From an uncultured virus (IMG/VR IMGVR_UViG_3300034106_004022) (taxonomy: Duplodnaviria > Heunggongvirae > Uroviricota > Caudoviricetes): a stretch of 20,000 nt of DNA. Position 1 is the stretch's first letter; every line of letters starts with the position of its first letter. Position numbers and translations under genes: made by a program. This document shows, piece by piece, positions 14,253-20,000 of this stretch. The stretch covers positions 111,433 to 131,432 of the IMG/VR virus record IMGVR_UViG_3300034106_004022; one strand, given 5' to 3'. Below the pieces are notes generated by a model. The model had not been told where the DNA came from and ran no database searches. It was given only the letters and a program-made list of their open reading frames with translations.

Positions 14253-15023
14253 ATGTACAAAGTAAGAGGATATCAAAAACCGGAGGATTCGTTCCACACT
14301 ATTGGAGAGTGGGAACGTATCTCTAAGCGTTTTTTAGACCTACAAAAGGGTGGTTCCGATACTAGGGGTGGGGTTTTACCTACGGACCCGAAGATGATGG
14401 AACTTATAGATACTTATTTTGGATATCAACTATGGGTTGAAACCGATTTGTATGGGGATTTGACCAAGAAAAACGTTTTAGACTTTATTGAAGATTTTGT
14501 AAACCATAGGATATGGGGAATCAGAGATGAGTTTGGGGATTATATAAAGAACATAAACAATGATAGGATTGCGTTCTTTAATAGTAGAGGAGCAATTGAA
14601 CCTTATATTCTATTGGATAAATCGTTTACTAAGGATACTTATGGTAACGTAGGTTCTGAGGTGGTAACGTACCATTGGACATCTGAGGAGGGATTCAGAA
14701 ACCTTGCAGATAGTATCCGAAGTGGGTATAGTTTTTCTATATCAACGTTTACTACCCAAGCAAAGGAGTTCTTTAGACCGGAGAGTAATATATTGGTAAA
14801 GATAAGAGGAGAGTTAGTAGCCGCATTTAAATCAGATGTAAAATCATTTGCAACTGATAGAGGAAATCGGGCAGCTAACTTATTCCGTTTTTCATACCCG
14901 GATAATGAGAATAATCTATGTACGGATTTAGTGAATTGTACTGAGAACAAAACCTCACTTTGGAACGAAATAATTGTAAAACCAATATCTATATTAGATT
15001 ATAAGCAAATTAAAAAGTATTAA
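14253..15023 (+). CDS. hypothetical protein with a candidate C-terminal ADP-ribosyltransferase-like domain
   Basis: VTYHWTSEEG..NL (H141), SISTFT (S164) and WNEIIV (E239) appear in the order expected for ART strands 1, 2 and 5. The ORF itself is clear; the function is tentative. Confidence 0.5.
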   Translation: MYKVRGYQKPEDSFHTIGEWERISKRFLDLQKGGSDTRGGVLPTDPKMMELIDTYFGYQLWVETDLYGDLTKKNVLDFIEDFVNHRIWGIRDEFGDYIKNINNDRIAFFNSRGAIEPYILLDKSFTKDTYGNVGSEVVTYHWTSEEGFRNLADSIRSGYSFSISTFTTQAKEFFRPESNILVKIRGELVAAFKSDVKSFATDRGNRAANLFRFSYPDNENNLCTDLVNCTENKTSLWNEIIVKPISILDYKQIKKY

Positions 15024-15024
15024 T

Positions 15025-15438
15025 ATGATAAGTTTAAAAGAAATTATCTATGAAGTACTAAATGAGGTTGTGATAAGTGTATCGGATTTAGATGATACAT
15101 TAGAACAATATAGAAAAGATACCAATTGGACAGATTGGTATATGAGTGGAGGATGTTATACATTTGCTGATGGTCTGAATAAGTATTTAGGAAATAGAGG
15201 TAAGTATGTAGCTATAATAGAACCGGAAACGAAAGCGATGGTTCACGTTTGTGTTTTGTATGGTGGGAAGTATTGTGATTATAACGGATGTAGAAGTAAA
15301 AACGATATACTATCCGATATCACTATAAATGGAACTCCGATATGGAAAACCATAAACCGGTCACAAATATCATCGGAACATAATTTTGATAATAGTGAAG
15401 TAACCTCAATAGTAAAGAATTTAAATAAAATAAGATAA
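15025..15438 (+). CDS. papain/transglutaminase-like Cys-His-Asp protein with shared N-terminal leader
   Basis: YMSGGCYTFA..L (C44), VHVCV (H74), GKYCDYNG (D85); leader MISLKEIIYEVLNE. Confidence 0.6.
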   Translation: MISLKEIIYEVLNEVVISVSDLDDTLEQYRKDTNWTDWYMSGGCYTFADGLNKYLGNRGKYVAIIEPETKAMVHVCVLYGGKYCDYNGCRSKNDILSDITINGTPIWKTINRSQISSEHNFDNSEVTSIVKNLNKIR

Positions 15439-16190
15439 TGATAAGTTTAAAGGAAATAATTAAAGGGATTCTAAGTGAGGGTGTTGATGACCCGGGAATC
15501 TTAAAATGTGTATTTATGGCAGGAGGACCTGGAAGTGGGAAATCATTTACTGCTAAAGAGATATTTGGAGTGGGTAAATCTGCATTTTCATCGGTATCTG
15601 CTGGTGGATTGAAATTAGTAAATTCTGATACTGCATTTGAGAAGGGTCTTAAAGATAATGGTATTGATATGAAGGAGTTGGGTAACATTGAAAAGAATGA
15701 CCCGGAACTTTGGGATTTAATCACTAAGGGAGATAATTCAATTAGAGGAAAAGCAAAAGCGATTACCGATAAACAAAGAGCTTTTTATGAAGCTGGTAGA
15801 TTGGGTATGATTATCGATGGAACCGGAGATGAGGTATCTAAGATTAAAAAGAAAATGGAACATGCTGAATCATTAGGATATGATTGTTCAATGGTGTTTG
15901 TAAATACATCATTGGAAGTAGCATTGGAAAGAAATAAAAACCGAGATAGAGTTCTATCGGATGAGTTGGTAACCAAAATTTGGAAAGATTGTCAAAATAA
16001 CTTAGGAGCATTCCAAGGTATGTTTAGTGGTAACTTTGTAATTGTAGATAATACCGTTTACAAACCGGTAAATAGACCAGTACAACAAGCAGTAGATGCG
16101 TTCTTAAGAAAACCACTTTATAATCCAATTGGAAAAAAATGGGTAGCAACTGCTAGAATATTAAAAAAATCTAATCTGATTAAGAAATGA
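15438..16190 (+). CDS. zeta-toxin/AAA_33-like P-loop kinase with shared N-terminal leader
   Basis: VFMAGGPGSGKS Walker A, LVNSD, MIIDGTG, GY...MVFVNTSLEVALERNKNRDR lid motif; leader MISLKEIIKGILSE. Confidence 0.85.
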   Translation: MISLKEIIKGILSEGVDDPGILKCVFMAGGPGSGKSFTAKEIFGVGKSAFSSVSAGGLKLVNSDTAFEKGLKDNGIDMKELGNIEKNDPELWDLITKGDNSIRGKAKAITDKQRAFYEAGRLGMIIDGTGDEVSKIKKKMEHAESLGYDCSMVFVNTSLEVALERNKNRDRVLSDELVTKIWKDCQNNLGAFQGMFSGNFVIVDNTVYKPVNRPVQQAVDAFLRKPLYNPIGKKWVATARILKKSNLIKK

Positions 16191-17044
16191 TAAAATTAAT
16201 GGACTTGTTGAACGAAGAAAGCTTCGTAGCAAAATCAACAAAAACGGGTAAGGTAGTAAACTTTGGTTCAAGAGAAACCAGAGATGCTGCAATTAAATCC
16301 GGCGATTATGAAGAACCTGAAAAGGGAGATGCTGGTGCACCTCCTAAACCTAAAGTAAATATATTTGATAAACCAGCTGATAAGAAAGCTGGAGGAGAAA
16401 CTCCAAAAGCGGCCGAAGAACCTACAAAGGAACCGGCTGAGAAAACCGATTACGAAAAGGGATTGGCTGCTAAGGCTAAGGAAGCAGTTGGTAGAATTAG
16501 TGATAAAATCAAAGGATGGGCCAAAGAAGAAAAAGAATTCTTTAAATCTGATTCACATAAAGGAGGTTCTAAGGAAAGAAGAAGTTGGGGACACGCAATT
16601 TCAGATAAAGCTAAAGGAGCTTGGGAAGCTGTTAAAAAGGGCGCTAAAGGTGAAGTAGAAGAATTCAAAACTGCAGGTGGTGCAGTTAAATCACTATTTA
16701 AAGGTGAAGAGATGAATGACCACCAAAAGAAGGCTTTAAAAGCAGTAGCTATTAAAGTTGTAACAACTGCTCTATTTGGAGCTGCAACCGGTGGATTAGC
16801 ACACGGAGCTGCTGCATTCGGTCAACACGTTGCTATGGAGTTTATTCCTCACGTAGTAGGTGAAACGATTTTAAAAGGAGTAGGTAAAGCGGCAATATTT
16901 GCTGGAGATGAAGAAGAGAATGAAGATGTATATATGGAGAAATTCGCTCAGATGATTGCTGAGAAATTGGCTAACGAACCAATACCGGCTGAGTTGATGG
17001 AGAAATTCGTAGATTCATATAATGAAAAGAAACTAGCAAAATAA
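16187..17044 (+). CDS. hypothetical protein with shared leader, charged linker and Gly/Ala-rich hydrophobic segment
   Basis: Leader MIKLMDLLNE; P/K/E linker; AVAIKVVTTALFGAATGGLAHGAAAFG hydrophobic stretch. Confidence 0.75.
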   Translation: MIKLMDLLNEESFVAKSTKTGKVVNFGSRETRDAAIKSGDYEEPEKGDAGAPPKPKVNIFDKPADKKAGGETPKAAEEPTKEPAEKTDYEKGLAAKAKEAVGRISDKIKGWAKEEKEFFKSDSHKGGSKERRSWGHAISDKAKGAWEAVKKGAKGEVEEFKTAGGAVKSLFKGEEMNDHQKKALKAVAIKVVTTALFGAATGGLAHGAAAFGQHVAMEFIPHVVGETILKGVGKAAIFAGDEEENEDVYMEKFAQMIAEKLANEPIPAELMEKFVDSYNEKKLAK

Positions 17045-17047
17045 GAA

Positions 17048-17647
17048 ATGAAAAGATTAAGTTTATTTATCCCATTTATTTTAATATTATTTTCATTTAC
17101 AGGTGATTCTCACCGACATGAAGTTAAGGTAAAAACCCCAATATTTGAAGTACTATATTCAGAGGTATTCGAACAACCACTTTGGTTAACATATGAATCA
17201 ACTAATAGAGCTACAAATGTGAATAGAGGTTCTATGGATTTTTATACTGAAAAGGATGTACATACATCAGATGCTAATGATTATCGTACAAATGTATATG
17301 ATAAGGGTCACTTAGCACCAGCAGCTACATTTTCTGATAATATAGAAAATTTAAAACAAACGTTTTCATATTTGAATTGTGCACTACAAGACCAATATAT
17401 GAATAGAGGTGAGTGGAGAATGTTAGAAGAGCAGGAAAGAAAATGGGATGATACCGAAAAACTAAAAGTTAAAGTTGAGTTGGTATTTGGAAAAGGACAT
17501 AAAGTCCTACCAACCGGAGGACATGTTCCAACATCAATGGTTAAACATATCTATTTTTCAAAACAAAAGAAGTGGAAATGTTTTGATTTTCCTAATTCAA
17601 AACCAACTAAAGGTTGGGAAGGGCATGAAGTTAAACATATTCACTAA
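17048..17647 (+). CDS. DNA/RNA non-specific endonuclease (NucA/EndoG family) with signal peptide
   Basis: PLWLTY, YDKGHLAPAA (DRGH motif), TFSYLNCALQ...NRGEWRMLEEQER, VPT; hydrophobic N-terminus MKRLSLFIPFILILFSF. Confidence 0.92.
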   Translation: MKRLSLFIPFILILFSFTGDSHRHEVKVKTPIFEVLYSEVFEQPLWLTYESTNRATNVNRGSMDFYTEKDVHTSDANDYRTNVYDKGHLAPAATFSDNIENLKQTFSYLNCALQDQYMNRGEWRMLEEQERKWDDTEKLKVKVELVFGKGHKVLPTGGHVPTSMVKHIYFSKQKKWKCFDFPNSKPTKGWEGHEVKHIH

Positions 17648-17707
17648 AAAAATAGCGAAAACAAAAAAGATATATATTTATAATAAGAAAACAAAAAAAG
17701 ATTTATT

Positions 17708-18157
17708 ATGGCATTAACATACGAATGGAAATTAACGGGTTTAAAAAAGCAAGATACTGCTGATTTAACTGATTTAGTAATTGGAACCCAATGGAAATTA
17801 ATTGGTACTAATGAAAATGGTACTGAAGGTACATTTAGTGGAGCAACTCCATTGGATATTCCTGATGCTGATGAGGCGGGATTTATTCCTTATGAGCAAC
17901 TTACTGAAGAAGTTGTATTAGGTTGGATTCAAAATATAGTATCTGGTAGTGCACCAACTAATTATATGGCTCACATCAATGAACAAATCTTAAAGCAAAT
18001 CAACCAAAAAGAATACGCTATTAAAGAAGTTGGTGAAACTGATTTACCTTGGTCACCTACATCTGGAAGTGTGACTCCGGCTGGTCCGATGGAACCTGCA
18101 CCAACAGCAGCTCCAACAACTGAAACTACAACTGAAGTTGTGGTTGATGGTGAATAA
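17708..18157 (+). CDS. conserved phage protein of unknown function, possibly virion/tail associated, with P/T/A/E-rich tail
   Basis: TYEWKLTGL...QWKLIGTNENG...FIPYEQLTEEVVLGWIQ...LPW is a pattern I recognise from aquatic phage proteins; preceded by ATATTTATA. Confidence 0.65.
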   Translation: MALTYEWKLTGLKKQDTADLTDLVIGTQWKLIGTNENGTEGTFSGATPLDIPDADEAGFIPYEQLTEEVVLGWIQNIVSGSAPTNYMAHINEQILKQINQKEYAIKEVGETDLPWSPTSGSVTPAGPMEPAPTAAPTTETTTEVVVDGE

Positions 18158-18183
18158 TATCACCTAATAAAAAATAATTAAAG

Positions 18184-18220
18184 AAAAGCTTGGATATACC
18201 AAGCTTTTTTTGTATCTTTG
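18184..18220 (+). terminator. intrinsic terminator overlapping a Bacteroidota-type promoter
   Basis: Perfect hairpin AAAAGCTTGG-atata-CCAAGCTTTT followed by more T. CTTG 18189-18192, N20, TATCTTTG 18213-18220. Confidence 0.8.
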
Positions 18221-18239
18221 TGTTTATAAAATATGTTAT

Positions 18240-19565
18240 ATGTTTACACCCTTTTCAGTATTAGATACTAGAACAAAGGAATGGAAGCAAAGAAAGGAAT
18301 ATTGGATTACTAATTATGGTATCCAATCTGAATTAGGTAGAGAGGATACTCAATCCAAAACTATCTTTTGGGATACACCCAATTCAGTTTCCGTATTTGA
18401 CCCAGTACTTTGTGAATTGATGTACGATTGGTTCTCACCCAAAGGTGGAATGGTATTAGACCCATTCGCTGGTGGTAGTGTGAGAGGTATCGTATGTGAA
18501 GAGATGAACCGAAGATACGTTGGAATTGATTTATCCAAATCACAAGTAAAAGCCAACAAAGAGCAATCAAAAAAACCCTTATGGATTAATGGTGATTCGA
18601 ATGAGGAATTGGACAAGGTAGCCGATGAATCATTTGATTTTGTATTTACATGCCCACCTTACTACGATTTGGAGATTTATACTGATGATGTGAATGATAT
18701 TTCCAATATGGATGTGGATTCATTTGATAAAGTATATGAATCAATACTCCTAAAATCAGTTCAAAAACTAAAAGATAACCGATTCTTTGGGATTGTAGTA
18801 TCTGAAGTTAGAGAACCATCCGTAACTGGTAAGTATTCTAAAGGTAGATATAGAGGTTTGGTTCGTAAAACCATAGATATGTTGGAATCAGCTGGAATGG
18901 AATTCTATAATGATATGATTCTATTCAATTCTCAACACCAAGCTTCACGAGTTGGTAAAACTTACTTTGATAGAAATCGTAAAATACCATCAGTTCATCA
19001 AAACATTCTAATTTTTGTAAAAGGAAACCCTGATATCGCAACTATTGAGATTGAAGGTGGTGAACCTATGTGTAAAGTAGATGGGAAGGAATACCTATCA
19101 TTTAGACATGCGGCAATTGATGTGGATGCAGATAAGTTAGTTGCATCTGAAGTAGAGAGAAGATGTAGAAGTACTAAATCATCTTACAAAGAGTGGCAAA
19201 TCATTGGTGAAGAAACCAACCCACATATAAAATACGAAGTAGATGGAGTTCCGTTTGAGAACCCAAAACAAATAGCAGATTTAATTGGTGGAGATTTCAC
19301 CGAACAAATTGCTAGAAATTATATTGAATCAAACAATCCCAAATATAGACATTGGAAACGGGTGGATAGTAATGATATTACCTATGGTGAAATGATGGAT
19401 ATGTGGGATAATAATATTAGATTAGAAATACCAGTTATAAGTTGTGATGGAATTGAATTCTATTCAATGGAAGATGCTGGTAACCATTTTGGTATCTCAT
19501 CTGAAAGAGTAAGACAGAAACTAAAATCGGATAAACATTCCGATTGGATTTATTTAGACAATTAA
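18240..19565 (+). CDS. amino (N6A/N4C) DNA methyltransferase fused to three NUMOD1/HTH-like repeats
   Basis: PFSVLDTR..EW..RK..W, SVFDPVLCE, SAM motif VLDPFAGGSVRG, catalytic FTCPPY, HQNILIFVKG; C-terminal repeats (V/C)DG.E(Y/F).S...AA. The ATG at 18240 lies downstream of the promoter. Confidence 0.85.
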   Translation: MFTPFSVLDTRTKEWKQRKEYWITNYGIQSELGREDTQSKTIFWDTPNSVSVFDPVLCELMYDWFSPKGGMVLDPFAGGSVRGIVCEEMNRRYVGIDLSKSQVKANKEQSKKPLWINGDSNEELDKVADESFDFVFTCPPYYDLEIYTDDVNDISNMDVDSFDKVYESILLKSVQKLKDNRFFGIVVSEVREPSVTGKYSKGRYRGLVRKTIDMLESAGMEFYNDMILFNSQHQASRVGKTYFDRNRKIPSVHQNILIFVKGNPDIATIEIEGGEPMCKVDGKEYLSFRHAAIDVDADKLVASEVERRCRSTKSSYKEWQIIGEETNPHIKYEVDGVPFENPKQIADLIGGDFTEQIARNYIESNNPKYRHWKRVDSNDITYGEMMDMWDNNIRLEIPVISCDGIEFYSMEDAGNHFGISSERVRQKLKSDKHSDWIYLDN

Positions 19566-19569
19566 AATT

Positions 19570-20000
19570 ATGAAAGTATTAGTAACAGGCGGGAACGGCT
19601 TCATCGGTTCAAACTTAATTAAACGATTACTATCCGAAGGACATCATGTAGTTTCATTGGATGACCTTTCAACTGGATTGAAGGAGTATGAAATTGAAGG
19701 ATGTAATTATGTGTATGGTGATATAGAACATTTGATGTATTGGAAAGGTGATAACTTTGATTTATGTTACCATCTTGCTGCACTAAGTAGAATCCAACCA
19801 TCATTTGATGACCCAATGGAAACATTTAGGGTAAATGCGGGTGGTACACAAATGGTAGCTGAATGGGCTAAAGAAAATAATGTAAAGGTAGTTTACGCAG
19901 GTTCATCATCTCGTTGGTGTAACCCTCAAACTTCACCATACGCAACTGATAAGAAGATTGGTGAGGATATCTTAAAGATGTACAAAACTGCTTATGGTTG
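19570..20000 (+). CDS. NAD-dependent epimerase/dehydratase (GalE-like extended SDR), 3'-truncated; not in the ORF track
   Basis: My translation: MKVLVTGGNGFIGSNL...SLDDLSTG...YHLAA...VNAGGT...VVYAGSSS...SPYATDK (GxxGxxG and YxxxK motifs). Runs off the window end. Confidence 0.93.
   Translation, partial: MKVLVTGGNGFIGSNLIKRLLSEGHHVVSLDDLSTGLKEYEIEGCNYVYGDIEHLMYWKGDNFDLCYHLAALSRIQPSFDDPMETFRVNAGGTQMVAEWAKENNVKVVYAGSSSRWCNPQTSPYATDKKIGEDILKMYKTAYG

Noticed and set aside
445..16668. Minus-strand ORFs in the track (445-654, 2811-3008, 4499-4681, 5496-5699, 7321-7527, 7664-7849, 9240-9449, 11556-11756, 14639-14950, 15323-15724, 15785-15976, 16450-16668)
   Set aside because: All lie antisense to well-supported + strand genes, have no recognisable motifs and look like shadow ORFs.
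6919..17717. Alternative-frame + strand ORFs 6919-7116, 16365-16658 and 17475-17717
   Set aside because: Nested in longer genes with clear motifs; no independent start signals.
18210..18239. Upstream extension of the methyltransferase ORF from 18210 (likewise 13646-13714 for the 13715 gene)
   Set aside because: These extensions run through terminator/promoter DNA; the downstream ATGs at 18240 and 13715 are better starts.
18350..19825. Minus-strand ORFs 18350-18616, 18361-18570 and 19619-19825
   Set aside because: Antisense to the methyltransferase and the epimerase.
1..20000. Stop-codon reassignment, as seen in some large phages
   Set aside because: Long conserved genes are uninterrupted in code 11, and TAA, TAG and TGA all appear as stops at sensible gene boundaries.

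Overview
AT-rich, densely packed window with essentially all genes on the + strand, standard genetic code, no Shine-Dalgarno signals and many short ORFs. It reads as a segment of a large dsDNA tailed phage genome. A Bacteroidota host is likely, based on seven Bacteroidota-type sigma70 promoters (TTG-N20-TAnnTTTG-like) and a DUF4494-like gene. From left to right: a degenerate HTH-HNH protein; small and membrane proteins; a surface-glycan-type cluster (WavE-like, GDPD-like, Nudix, cupin, sulfotransferase-like/glycosyltransferase-like fusion) followed by a secreted CpcT/CpeT-like protein; a metallopeptidase-vWA plus MoxR-type AAA+ module in which each gene has its own copy of a repeated promoter-leader cassette; an ATP-dependent DNA ligase; a run of small hypothetical genes with a GC-rich structured intergenic element; a candidate effector cassette (ADP-ribosyltransferase-like, Cys-His-Asp papain-like, zeta-toxin-like kinase, Gly/Ala-rich membrane-type protein, secreted nuclease); a DNA methyltransferase fused to three NUMOD1-like repeats; and the start of an NAD-dependent sugar epimerase. 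Three consecutive proteins of the effector cassette share an N-terminal leader ending in L-x-E, reminiscent of capsid-targeting/prohead-protease-cleaved leaders, and this is the most interesting observation. All family assignments come from motifs recognised by eye; no database search was run.
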